Below, piece after piece: positions 45,176 through 54,007 of a DNA stretch of 64,000 bases. Every line of letters begins with the position of its first letter. Within the stretch, counting starts at the first letter, position 1. Position numbers and translations under genes: made by a program. Below the pieces are notes generated by a model. The model made no database searches. It saw only the letters and a program-made list of their open reading frames with translations, and was not told where the DNA came from. Origin of the DNA: an uncultured Myxococcales bacterium (GTDB lineage: Bacteria; Myxococcota_A; Polyangia; Polyangiales; Polyangiaceae). Location: positions 3,318-67,317 of the forward strand of contig CBFGRJ010000001.1 in the NCBI GenBank assembly GCA_965651135.1. The letters are read 5' to 3'.

Positions 45176-47055
45176 CAGGTGCCTTCGCTGAGCTTCAGGT
45201 CTTTCAACCGTGCGCCGAACAGTTCCAGGGCCTCGGTGACCCTAGGGTGGCTCCTGGCGTCGGCTATGGCCTTCTTCATTCGGGTTTCTCGTGCCCGCAC
45301 TCGGTCGGCACTCAGGGTATCCATACCGCGCGCAGGAGCGTAGTCGAACCGAAACTCCGCGCGGGTCGGAGCTTGCAGGACTTGGCTCGCTGCCTGGCTC
45401 AACAACTCGGTACAATCGGCTCCCTTGACCTGCTTGGCGAACAGGCTGTCGGGCTCGAAAGCCAAGCAGAGCGTGCCGGGTTCTGCGGTCAGCACTGCCG
45501 CGTGTTCGAGGAATGCAGCGAGCTCGGGCCGCGTCTCACGCACGACCTCCACGATATCGCGAAATCTGGCCAGGGCGAGCTGATTGCTTTCTGCGGGTGG
45601 ATTCGCGGTGTGGCTGGGTGTGCCGGCACTGGGCGTCGGCTCGGATGCAGCAGGGGCTAAGGCGGGTTCGGTGAGCTCGCCATCCGATGGCGCTGCGCCG
45701 TCCATGCCTCCACCCCCATGGGTGACAGTGTCGCTCACCGCCCTTTCGGGTGCTGCTGGAGGCTCCTCGGTCTGCTCCCTTTCGGTGCGAGCCGGAGAAG
45801 ACCGATGTTCGCGCGCCTGAGGTCGCCGCCCGCTGGGTGCCGGCTCGGGACCGCCTGGGGGAGGGACGGGTCGCCCTCCCAAGCGCTTTTCGAGCAGGCT
45901 CAACCTTTCGATCAACTGGTCGATGGGGATCAAGGGTGGCCGACGGCACAGCCTTACCAGCAGCATTTCCAAGGCGCCCCGCGCTTGACCGCTCTTGGCA
46001 ATGTCATCCATGGCTTGCGAAAAGCCTTGGTGCAATCGGATTAGGTCGTCCGGATTGGTGGTTTTTGCCAGCTTCTCGATCTCACTCCGCTCTTCGGGGC
46101 CAACGTCCATGAGCTCATCTGGATTGCGACACACACGCGACACCACCATGTCTCGCAACAGTGCCAGCAGGTCCTTCGCGACATGGCTGACGTCGTAGCC
46201 TTGCTCCACGAGCTCGGCGATGACCTTGAGACACGTCGTGGCGTCTCCTTGCAACAGGCCCTGGGCGATCGCGAATAGAGCGGTGCGGCTGGCGACTCCG
46301 AGGACCTGCGCCACATCGCTGCCGACCAGCTGTTTGCCGCTCCAGGCGATGACCTGGTCCAAAAGGCTCATCGCATCGCGCATGCTGCCGGCAGCCTGGC
46401 GCGCGATCAGCGAGAGAGCCTCTTCGTCGGCTTGGATGTTCTCCAGTGCCAGCACCGATTTCAGACGTTCGATGATGGCCAAGGCGCCAATCAGCTTGAA
46501 GTCGAAGCGCTGAACGCGGCTCAGGATCGTGATCGGGACCTTGTGGACTTCGGTCGTAGCAAAAATGAATTTGACGTGCGGAGGGGGCTCTTCCAGCGTC
46601 TTCAGGAATGCATTCCATGCGCTTTGCGAGAGCATGTGGACTTCGTCCACGATGATGATTTTGAAGCGGTCGCGCGTTGGCTGATACGGGAGCGAGTCTT
46701 GCAGCTTGCGCACCTCGTCGACCCCGTTGTAGCTGGCCCCGTCGATTTCACGGACATCGACGTCCGTGCCACGGGCGATCTCCACACACGCCGGACACTC
46801 CAGACAAGGGGTCGCGGTGGGGCCTGGGTCGGACCCAGCTGCCGAGGGGCCTTGGGCACCCATGCAGTTCAGCGCCTTGGCGAGGATACGCGCGCTGGTG
46901 GTTTTGCCCACGCCGCGTACCCCGGTAAACAAGAACGCGTGTGCGACCCGCCCGGTTTCGATGGCATTGGCCAGTGTCTTGGCGACATGTTCTTGCCCGA
47001 CTAGATCCTCGAAGCGCATCGGGCGATACTTGCGTGCTAAGACCACGTAGCTCAT
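45175..47055 (-). CDS. dnaX: DNA polymerase III subunit gamma/tau
   Basis: ATG 47055 gives MSYVVLARKYRPMRFEDLVGQEHV...FTGVRGVGKTTSARILAKALNC (Walker A). 626 aa with a Pro-rich linker. The 812-aa track ORF is a 5-prime over-extension. Confidence 0.95.
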   Translation of the reverse strand: MSYVVLARKYRPMRFEDLVGQEHVAKTLANAIETGRVAHAFLFTGVRGVGKTTSARILAKALNCMGAQGPSAAGSDPGPTATPCLECPACVEIARGTDVDVREIDGASYNGVDEVRKLQDSLPYQPTRDRFKIIIVDEVHMLSQSAWNAFLKTLEEPPPHVKFIFATTEVHKVPITILSRVQRFDFKLIGALAIIERLKSVLALENIQADEEALSLIARQAAGSMRDAMSLLDQVIAWSGKQLVGSDVAQVLGVASRTALFAIAQGLLQGDATTCLKVIAELVEQGYDVSHVAKDLLALLRDMVVSRVCRNPDELMDVGPEERSEIEKLAKTTNPDDLIRLHQGFSQAMDDIAKSGQARGALEMLLVRLCRRPPLIPIDQLIERLSLLEKRLGGRPVPPPGGPEPAPSGRRPQAREHRSSPARTEREQTEEPPAAPERAVSDTVTHGGGGMDGAAPSDGELTEPALAPAASEPTPSAGTPSHTANPPAESNQLALARFRDIVEVVRETRPELAAFLEHAAVLTAEPGTLCLAFEPDSLFAKQVKGADCTELLSQAASQVLQAPTRAEFRFDYAPARGMDTLSADRVRARETRMKKAIADARSHPRVTEALELFGARLKDLKLSEGT

Positions 47056-47155
47056 GGACGCAGGTCGACTAGCAGATCGCGCCCTCGGTCTCCAGCCCGA
47101 GCTGCCGAACGGAATCGCTTTGAACCCGCCGAGCGGTTGGGATAGCGTACGGGCC

Positions 47156-48064
47156 GTGTCTTGGGGCCGGGTTTTGTTCGCTATCTGGATAACCTGTTCG
47201 GGTTGCATGGAGGCTTCCCCGCGCCCCGAGGATCCCTCCGCGGGGGCTCCGTCGCCGGTCGCGCCGGCGGCACCCCCGCCGTCTGCCCCGGGGCCCAGCG
47301 AGGCCGCTCCCCCGAAGCCGAGGCTGCCGATTCGGTTCGAGGCCGTGCCGGCGCCGGTCGCCGGTGCCGAGGGGCCGCACCTGGAGATCGTGTCGCCGGC
47401 GTCGGGTGACCAGCTCTCCGAGTCCAAAGCGGCAACCGTCTCGATTCGACTTCGAACCAGCCAGTGGTCGAAGGAGCTCGCGCTCGTGCTGGTGCTCGAC
47501 GACTTCATTCCCCGCGTGTTCGCCGACCCGGCCAAACCCATCCAGCTCGCGCAGTTGCTGCCCGAGAATCGGGACCTCGAACCTGGGCGCCATACGCTGT
47601 TTGCCGCGGCCATGTTGCCCGACGGTACGACGATTCATTCCGATCAGGCCGATGCCGGCATGTCTTCGTCATTCATTTCATTCTGGATCGGGGACGCGCC
47701 CTCGAGCGCCGGCGCCAATGCGACGGCGAGCCAGACGTCGCCCGCGATTGTCTTGGTGTCGCCCCGTGGAACGTACAACGGTGACCGAGCCGCCGACGCC
47801 ATTCTTGTCGACGCTCATGTGCTCGGTGCGACGGGACCCGATGCGCCGCGCGTGAAGGTCCAGATCGATGCCGCGCTGGGCCTCTCCGATGAGCAGCACG
47901 AGGCGTGGCTGACGCCGGGCAAGCTCATGAAGGTGGGCGGCTTGCCCAGCGGGGATCACCGATTCAGCGTGGCATTGGTGAGCGCAGACGAGCAGCCCCT
48001 CGGTCTTCCAAGTTCCGCGGTTGCGCGCACGATCACCGTCAATCGTGACGCGCCGGTGGAGTAG
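47156..48064 (+). CDS. lipoprotein with two Ig-like beta-rich domains
   Basis: GTG 47156 gives (M)SWGRVLFAIWITCSGC (lipobox), then a Pro/Ala linker. Two domains of about 110 aa follow, each containing G.H(T/R)(L/F) (LEPGRHTLFAAAMLPDG; LPSGDHRFSVALVSADE), reminiscent of DUF4399. It ends 4 nt before the 7TM kinase start. Confidence 0.6.
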   Translation: MSWGRVLFAIWITCSGCMEASPRPEDPSAGAPSPVAPAAPPPSAPGPSEAAPPKPRLPIRFEAVPAPVAGAEGPHLEIVSPASGDQLSESKAATVSIRLRTSQWSKELALVLVLDDFIPRVFADPAKPIQLAQLLPENRDLEPGRHTLFAAAMLPDGTTIHSDQADAGMSSSFISFWIGDAPSSAGANATASQTSPAIVLVSPRGTYNGDRAADAILVDAHVLGATGPDAPRVKVQIDAALGLSDEQHEAWLTPGKLMKVGGLPSGDHRFSVALVSADEQPLGLPSSAVARTITVNRDAPVE

Positions 48065-48068
48065 CGTC

Positions 48069-49580
48069 GTGACGTCCCCCTTTCTTTCCGGCGTGCTGGC
48101 GACCTGGGCGGTGGCCACCGTCGGCTTGGGCTTGTTCTTCATTCTTGCCTACTACGTACGGCGGCGCGAGAGCGAATATCTGCTGTTCGGCATTCTGTGC
48201 GGCGCAATCTCGATTGCGACGATTGGCATGTCGATGACGCATGGCGCTACGGATTTGAGCATGCGCATGCTCGGGGCTCGGCTAGGGCACGCTGGAGTTA
48301 TTTTTGCTGGGACGCTAAATCTACATTTCGTCATGACCTATGCGCGGATCGCGCGCGCCAATCAGATTGCGCTGTTGCTCTACGCGGTCGTGGGATTTTA
48401 TCAGGTCGTCAATTGGGGGGGCTGGTGGTGGGCCGAGGGGAGCTTCGGCCTCAAAGAGAGCGTCGTTTTCGGCTATGTCGTCAATCACAATACCTTCACA
48501 CTCACCTCTTTTGGAAGAGGCTTCTACATCGTGGCTTCGGCGCAATACGGCGCCAGCATCGTGCTCTTGCTCCTTGCTTATCGTGCCGAACGCCGCGAGG
48601 CGCTGATTGCGTTGGGGGGCGCCGTCCTGCTCGGCTGCGCCATTTTGAACGATATTGGGCTGATCACCGGCCTGATCGACAACACCATCTATCTGTTGCC
48701 CCATTTTTTCGTGGTGTACGGCTTTGGAGTCGCTACGACGCTGCTGCTGCGCTACCGGTTTGCCGCGGCCCAGCTGGAGCAAACGGTTTCCAATCTGCAG
48801 TTGAGGACGGAGGAACTACGTCGCTCGAATGCCGAGCTCTCCGTCGTGCAAGACGAGCTGGTGCGCAAGCAACAGCTGGCAGCAGTCGGCGAGCTCGCCG
48901 CCGCCATTGCTCACGAGGTGCGCAATCCGCTAGCGGTGATTGTCAATGCCGTTTCCGGGCTTCGACGCGGTGGCCTTAAGCTCGAGGACAGGGACATGTT
49001 GCTGGACATCGTCGACGAAGAAACGGCGCGTCTGAATCGGCTGGTCACCGATCTATTGCGTTTTGCTCGCCCGGTGCGAGTGAATCGATCCCAGGTTTCG
49101 CTCGTGGAGCTTTGTTCGCGAGCCCGTTCGGTGCTCGACGACGAGCATGAGGTGCAGGTCGAGATCCCCGACGACCCGAGAGTGCAGAACGTTTGGGTCG
49201 ATCCGGGCTTGTTCCGCCTGGTGTTCGACAACTTGCTCGAAAACGCCTGCCAGGCCATGAAGCACTCCGGTCCGGTACGCATCGTCGTCGCGCAAGACGA
49301 GCTCGATGGTGTGCCCATGGTGCGCATCGACGTCATCGACAGCGGTCACGGTATGGAAATAGAGGTGCTCGAAAGGGCAAAAGATCCATTCTTCACCACC
49401 CGTCCCAGCGGAACCGGGCTCGGCCTTCCCATCGTCCAGCGCATCATGGCCGCTCACGGTGGCGAGCTGCGCCTGACGAGCGAGCAGGGGAAAGGAACGA
49501 CCGCCAGCCTGCTGATTCCAATGGGCGAGCCCGGCGCAGCAACCAACCCGGCGCGCGAGCTCGTGGAAAGGATCGCGTAG
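48069..49580 (+). CDS. 7TM-receptor (7TMR-DISM-like) sensor histidine kinase
   Basis: Seven predicted TM helices start at residue ~5 with no extracytoplasmic domain. These are followed by a coiled coil, H-box AAAIAHEVRNPLAVI and ATPase motifs VIDSGHGME and GTGLGLPIV. GTG 48069 is preferred over the track start 48021, which overlaps the upstream gene. Confidence 0.85.
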   Translation: MTSPFLSGVLATWAVATVGLGLFFILAYYVRRRESEYLLFGILCGAISIATIGMSMTHGATDLSMRMLGARLGHAGVIFAGTLNLHFVMTYARIARANQIALLLYAVVGFYQVVNWGGWWWAEGSFGLKESVVFGYVVNHNTFTLTSFGRGFYIVASAQYGASIVLLLLAYRAERREALIALGGAVLLGCAILNDIGLITGLIDNTIYLLPHFFVVYGFGVATTLLLRYRFAAAQLEQTVSNLQLRTEELRRSNAELSVVQDELVRKQQLAAVGELAAAIAHEVRNPLAVIVNAVSGLRRGGLKLEDRDMLLDIVDEETARLNRLVTDLLRFARPVRVNRSQVSLVELCSRARSVLDDEHEVQVEIPDDPRVQNVWVDPGLFRLVFDNLLENACQAMKHSGPVRIVVAQDELDGVPMVRIDVIDSGHGMEIEVLERAKDPFFTTRPSGTGLGLPIVQRIMAAHGGELRLTSEQGKGTTASLLIPMGEPGAATNPARELVERIA

Positions 49581-49582
49581 TC

Positions 49583-50887
49583 GTGGGCGCACGCCGTCGC
49601 GAGCGCGTCCTCGACGCGGACAAGAAGTACGTTTGGCACCCCTACACGCCGATGCAGAAATACATTGCAGAAGGCAATCCGCTGGTGATTCAGCGGGCGG
49701 TGGGGTCACGCTTGTTCGATCTGGATGGTCGCTCGTACATCGACGGCAATTCCTCATGGTGGACGGCGCTCTTGGGCCACAACCATCCGCGCTTGGTTGC
49801 CGCCCTCAAGGAACAAGCCGATCGGCTGTGCCACACCTCGCTCGCGGGCGTGACGCACGAGGCGGCTGCACTATTCGCCGAGGCGCTGGTTCAAGTGGCT
49901 CCACCCGGTTTGTCGCACGCTTTTTTTACCGACAACGGCTCGACCGCCGTCGAAGCAGCCCTCAAGATGTGCCTGCAGTACTGGAGGCAAAATGGGGCCC
50001 CCGAGCGAACGCGTTTCGTAGCCCTGCAGGGCGCGTTCCATGGTGAAACACTCGGTGTCTCGGCGCTCGGTGGGGTCCCCGAGTTCCGGGCCCCGTTCGA
50101 GGCGGCGCTATTCGAGTGCGGACACGTGGCTACGCCCGCCGAAGATCTCGAGCAGGCGATGTCCGATCTCGAACGAGAGCTGGAGCGCCACGGCGCGCGT
50201 ATCGCGGCGATCGTGGTGGAACCTTTGGTGCAGGGCGCCGGCGGGATGCGCATTTACCCGCCAAAGTACCTCGAGCACGCTCGTGCGTTGGCGGACGAAG
50301 TGGGAACGTTCTTGGTGTTCGACGAGGTGTTTACCGGCTATGGCCGCACGGGTTCCATGTGGGCAGCAGGGCAAGCCGGTGTCGTGCCCGATATTCTGTG
50401 TGCGGCCAAGGGTCTCAGCGGGGGCCTGTTGCCATTTGCCGCGACACTCGTCACCGAGCGAATATTCGAGGGCTTTTGGGGCAACGACTCGCGTGCCTTT
50501 TACTACGGTCATACCTTTGCGGGTAACCCCTTGGGAGCGCGCGTGGCGCACGAAGTGCTGGCGATCTACCAAGACGAACGCATCCTCGAGGCTAGCGCTG
50601 ACAAGGCGGCTCGGTTGAAGCGAGCCTTCACCGAGCTTTCAGCGTTCGAGCACGTTGCTGGAGTACGCACCCTGGGCATGATTGCAGCGCTGGATCTGGC
50701 GGGTGGCCGTGGCTACCTCGAAAAGAGCGGCTGGCGAGTGTACCACGAGGCCTTGAAGCGAGGAGCTTACGTGCGGCCACTCGGCAATGTCGTGTACCTG
50801 ACGCCGCCTTTGAACATTCCCGACGACGACCTCGACGAACTACTGGCGATTGTCCGCGAATCGGTCGCTGCGGTGGCGCATCCCTGA
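49583..50887 (+). CDS. bioA: adenosylmethionine-8-amino-7-oxononanoate aminotransferase
   Basis: GTG 49583 lies 2 nt after the kinase stop. YVWHPYTPM...IDGNSSWWTALLGHNHP...FFTDNGSTAVEAALKM...CAAKGLSGGLLP (PLP Lys). 434 aa. The track ORF from 49193 is over-extended. Confidence 0.9.
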   Translation: MGARRRERVLDADKKYVWHPYTPMQKYIAEGNPLVIQRAVGSRLFDLDGRSYIDGNSSWWTALLGHNHPRLVAALKEQADRLCHTSLAGVTHEAAALFAEALVQVAPPGLSHAFFTDNGSTAVEAALKMCLQYWRQNGAPERTRFVALQGAFHGETLGVSALGGVPEFRAPFEAALFECGHVATPAEDLEQAMSDLERELERHGARIAAIVVEPLVQGAGGMRIYPPKYLEHARALADEVGTFLVFDEVFTGYGRTGSMWAAGQAGVVPDILCAAKGLSGGLLPFAATLVTERIFEGFWGNDSRAFYYGHTFAGNPLGARVAHEVLAIYQDERILEASADKAARLKRAFTELSAFEHVAGVRTLGMIAALDLAGGRGYLEKSGWRVYHEALKRGAYVRPLGNVVYLTPPLNIPDDDLDELLAIVRESVAAVAHP

Positions 50888-51033
50888 TTGGAAGTCGGGT
50901 CACGGTGCGCAAGTTCGTGTTGGCGACGCAATCTCAGCTTCTGTGACGGTGGCCGTGACCTGCAATACCGTGGCCGCGGCGGGGGTTCCGTGGCCGTGGC
51001 GGTGGCAGTGGCGGGGCGTGTCGGTGACCGAAA

Positions 51034-51070
51034 GCAGGCGCGTGCCAGCAAGGCTGGCACTAGCGCCTGC
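51034..51070. other. strong GC-rich hairpin in the largest intergenic gap
   Basis: GCAGGCGCGTGCCAG-CAAGG-CTGGCAC-TA-GCGCCTGC forms 15 bp of stem with one 2-nt bulge and a 5-nt loop. No T-tract follows on the plus strand and only TTT on the minus strand. It lies about 150 nt after the bioA stop. Confidence 0.5.
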
Positions 51071-51282
51071 AGGTTGAGGTCGGCCCGAGCGGCACCGCGA
51101 CGGTTCTTGATGCTCGTCGACACGCTTCTCTGTTCGCCCCGCCCCCCGTCACCGTCACCCACTCGGACACGGTCACGGAAGCTCTCGTTACAAAACGCCT
51201 CGCATCGGGTGCCCGTGGCCGTACCAGCTTTGGGCTGACAGCTCACCGATGCAGTCAATAGCAGGTCCGCGGTCGCGAGTAG

Positions 51283-51312
51283 TTGACGCTGGCTGCCGGG
51301 GAACTCTATACG
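51283..51312 (+). promoter_or_regulatory. candidate sigma-70-type promoter of the ferredoxin gene
   Basis: TTGACG (51283-51288), 18-nt spacer, TATACG (51307-51312). The ATG is at 51324, so the leader would be very short. Confidence 0.3.
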
Positions 51313-51323
51313 GTCGAAACCCG

Positions 51324-51674
51324 ATGGCCAAGCGACGGCGCTACCTCTTCGTCTGTGTGAATCGACGCCCCGACGGGACGCCGAAAGGATCGTGCGCGGC
51401 GCGGGGTGCGGTCGAGATCCACGAGCGGCTCAAGCAACGCCTGAAAGAGCTGGGCCTGCACGGAGCCCAGGTGCGGGCCTGCACCAGCAGCTGTTTGGAC
51501 GTGTGCTGGGCCGGGCCTACCATCGCCGTCGAACCCGACCACTATTTCTACGGGCGCGTGCAGCTGGAGGATGTAGAGGAGATTGCGCAGGCGTTCGCCG
51601 AGGGGAACGTGGTGCAACGCTTGGTGCTGGCCCCCGACGACTTCATCGAGCCGAAGGCGCTCAAAAAAGGCTGA
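51324..51674 (+). CDS. thioredoxin-like [2Fe-2S] ferredoxin domain protein
   Basis: ATG 51324 gives MAKRRRYLFVCVNRRPDGTPKGSCAARG...CTSSCLDVCWAGPTIAV, with the Cys pattern and length (116 aa) typical of this family. Confidence 0.75.
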   Translation: MAKRRRYLFVCVNRRPDGTPKGSCAARGAVEIHERLKQRLKELGLHGAQVRACTSSCLDVCWAGPTIAVEPDHYFYGRVQLEDVEEIAQAFAEGNVVQRLVLAPDDFIEPKALKKG

Positions 51675-51698
51675 ACGCTCATCTCACGTTTCGCTGGT

Positions 51699-52172
51699 GT
51701 GCACCTCGCCTTTCGCTTACGGCTCTACGGATGCTATCGCGTTCGATGGGATCCTTTGGTCGAGCGCCCCGCTAGTTTGGATTTGCTCGCCGAGGCGGGG
51801 TTGCACGACGACAGGGCCATTCATGTGGCTGGCGCCGCCGTCGCACGCGAGTGGGTCGATGAAGGGCTGCAACGAAAAGGCGTGCTCACGCTGCCTGTAA
51901 AAGGTGAGCTCATCCTGTCCAAAAAGCCTCGCGGGCGCTTGACGCTGACATGCAACGTCGCCCCTCCCATGCGCCTCGAGCTGATGTCGGCGGCAAGCGA
52001 AACCCGGCTTGCGCCTCACTGGCTGACTTGGTCAGGAGCTTTACTTCGGGATCGCGAGCCTGTGGCACAGGCGTGCTTCCGCTACGATGCCAAACGAGAT
52101 CTACTGAGCACGCTGCGGTCCCTCCACTGGTCTCGTCCGAGGAGCCATCGCAGTGATCCCAGTAGGTCGTAG
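51699..52172 (+). CDS. hypothetical protein (157 aa)
   Basis: Track ORF with a GTG start. Third-position GC is plausible for this genome but no motif was recognised. Coding status is uncertain. Confidence 0.35.
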   Translation: MHLAFRLRLYGCYRVRWDPLVERPASLDLLAEAGLHDDRAIHVAGAAVAREWVDEGLQRKGVLTLPVKGELILSKKPRGRLTLTCNVAPPMRLELMSAASETRLAPHWLTWSGALLRDREPVAQACFRYDAKRDLLSTLRSLHWSRPRSHRSDPSRS

Positions 52173-52464
52173 CGGTCGGAAGCGCCTATTTCACCGCCAC
52201 GACGCAGGGACGCCAAGGCCCGCCAAGGATATTGCTCCAAGCTCACCACGCGCCAAAGCGCGCAATTCCTAAATCCTGGCGAACTTGGCGCTCTTTGCGC
52301 CTTGGTGGTTTTCGGGCGTCTCGAAACGGATCGGGGCTGTCAGACACGGAACTTTCTCGATGGGGGCCGGGCGGTTGAGCGTGTAGGTTTCGGAGCTAGC
52401 TAGAATTGCTATGGAATTCAGGCTGTTGCAATCCTGTCAGATGGTGAGTCATAATGTCTGGACA

Positions 52465-53844
52465 ATGGACAATTTGGCAAGCGCCCCTTCCGCTCGAGCT
52501 CGGGACGACGAAATCACGGTGCTCGTGGTCGATGACGAGCTCAGCAATCTCGCCTCCCTCCAGAAGATTTTTCAGAAGGAGGGGATGCGCGTGCTCGTTG
52601 CGGAGGACGCCAAGCAAGCGCTCGATCTCGTGCGTCGCCACCGCGTTCAAGTCGTGCTGACGGACTTGATGATGCCGGGCACGAACGGCGTCGAGCTGTT
52701 GAGAGCGCTGCGTGAGCTGTCGCCGGACAGCGAGGTGGTGTTGATGACGGCGTACGGGACCGTCGAAACGGCCGTGCAGGCCATGCGAGAGGGAGCCTAC
52801 GACTTCGTCGAGAAACCCCTGAAGCGCATGAACATCGTCAAAAGCGTGCGCAAGGCGGCTGAAAAGCAGAGCCTGGTTGCAGAAAATCGATCGCTCCGAC
52901 AAGAGCTGCAGCTGCTCACCAATCGTGAGATCGTCGGTCAGAGCGCGGCGTTGCGTCGCGTGCTGGACATCGCCACTCAAGCGGCGCCGTCGAGCGCTAC
53001 CATTTTGCTGTTGGGAGAGAGCGGCACCGGCAAGGAGCTGCTCGCCCGCTACACTCATTCCAAGAGCGGCCGCAAAGCGGGTCCGTTCATCGCCGTGAAT
53101 TGTTCGGCGATTCCCGAAAGCATTCTGGAAGCGGAGCTCTTTGGTCACGAGAAGGGTGCGTTCACCGGCGCAGTGGCGCGTCGCGAGGGACGCTTCGCAA
53201 AGGCTCGCGGCGGGACGCTCTTTTTGGACGAAATCGGCGAGCTGAGCCCGGCCGTGCAGGTCAAAATCTTGCGGGTGCTCCAAGAGGGTGAATACGAGCC
53301 CGTGGGCGGCAATACCGTGCAAGCGGACGTGCGCATCATCGCGGCGACCAATCGCGATCTCGCGCAGGAGGTGGAGGCGGGCAGGTTTCGCGAGGATCTT
53401 TACTACCGGCTGAACGTGATCGCCGTGACCGCTCCACCACTCAGGGCGCGCCGCGAAGATATCCCCCTGTTGGTGGACCACTTTTTGGGCATCTACTGCA
53501 AGAAGAACAACCGTATGCGGCTGGAGGTGCCGAAGGAAGTGATGGACAAGCTCTGCGACTACTCGTGGCCAGGCAACGTTCGAGAGCTCGAGAACGTCAT
53601 CGAGCGGAGCGCGGTGCTGTGTCGGACCGACACCCTGCGCATGGAGGACTTACCCGACTCGATCGCCAAGGCGAGCTCTGCGCCTCCGACTACCCTCGAG
53701 TTCAGCCTGGGAACGCCGCTCGAGGAAGTCGAGCTGAGGCTGATTCGCGAAACGCTGAGGCATACGCAGGGGGACAAATCGCTCGCGGCGCAACTGTTGG
53801 GTATCTCCACTCGCACCATCTACCGAAAGCTGGGCGAGGAGTAG
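52465..53844 (+). CDS. sigma-54-dependent response regulator (NtrC-type enhancer-binding protein)
   Basis: REC domain (ITVLVVDDE...TDLMMPG). AAA+ domain with Walker A LLGESGTGKE and the GAFTGA loop (GHEKGAFTGA). C-terminal Fis-type HTH (AAQLLGISTRTIYRKL). In-frame starts are at 52411, 52441 and 52465. I chose 52465, which gives 459 aa. Confidence 0.9.
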   Translation: MDNLASAPSARARDDEITVLVVDDELSNLASLQKIFQKEGMRVLVAEDAKQALDLVRRHRVQVVLTDLMMPGTNGVELLRALRELSPDSEVVLMTAYGTVETAVQAMREGAYDFVEKPLKRMNIVKSVRKAAEKQSLVAENRSLRQELQLLTNREIVGQSAALRRVLDIATQAAPSSATILLLGESGTGKELLARYTHSKSGRKAGPFIAVNCSAIPESILEAELFGHEKGAFTGAVARREGRFAKARGGTLFLDEIGELSPAVQVKILRVLQEGEYEPVGGNTVQADVRIIAATNRDLAQEVEAGRFREDLYYRLNVIAVTAPPLRARREDIPLLVDHFLGIYCKKNNRMRLEVPKEVMDKLCDYSWPGNVRELENVIERSAVLCRTDTLRMEDLPDSIAKASSAPPTTLEFSLGTPLEEVELRLIRETLRHTQGDKSLAAQLLGISTRTIYRKLGEE

Positions 53845-53915
53845 TGGTTCGGTCCAAGGGCCGACGAGACGGCTTCGAGGGCTGGCGAGGGCCGAGTGAA
53901 TTGACAGTTTGTCGC

Positions 53916-53992
53916 GCTGAGCCGGAGTACGGGCTCAGCTTTGCCAGGATGGCGCGCGGACACTCGTATCGCGGTGCGATCCAGCTTTTTTT
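53916..53992 (+). terminator. palindrome plus T7 tract between the EBP gene and gspC (terminator and/or EBP binding site)
   Basis: GCTGAGCC(53916-53923)-GGAGTACG-GGCTCAGC(53932-53939) is a perfect 8-bp inverted repeat followed by TTT. A T7 run at 53986-53992 follows a weaker stem, GGATGGC...GCGATCC. Confidence 0.35.
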
Positions 53993-54007
53993 CGGCGCGA
54001 TTCGGCG

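Noticed and set aside
47056-47155. SRP (4.5S) RNA, often found just upstream of dnaX in other bacteria
   Set aside because: I looked for the conserved GGAAGGAAGCAGC-type domain IV core on both strands of the dnaX upstream region and did not see it.
47056-47613. 5-prime extension of dnaX (the track ORF is 812 aa)
   Set aside because: The canonical DnaX N-terminus MSYVVLARKYRP starts at 47055. The upstream 186 codons are Gly/Ala/Ser/Arg-rich and overlap a divergent lipoprotein gene with a good lipobox.
50767-51258. ORFs filling the bioA-ferredoxin gap (minus 50767..51258, 163 aa; plus 50850..51077 and 50888..51238), including short His/Gly-rich reading frames
   Set aside because: The minus ORF overlaps the bioA 3-prime end. 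The translations are low-complexity (PRPR, AVAVAVA, GHGH) and simply reflect the GTGGCC/GTCAC DNA repeats. There are no SD sequences or convincing starts. I treat the gap as non-coding.
52230-52435. Other sigma-54-like strings upstream of the EBP gene (TTGGCGCTCTTTGCG near 52284; TGGAATTCAGGCTGTTGCA near 52411), and TGGGGACCTTTGCA near 1905
   Set aside because: The GG-to-GC spacing is 9-10 or 15 nt instead of the required 12, so they do not fit the -24/-12 geometry.
52396-53481. 361-aa minus-strand ORF antisense to the sigma-54 EBP gene
   Set aside because: The plus strand carries complete REC/AAA+/HTH motifs. The antisense translation has no recognisable features.
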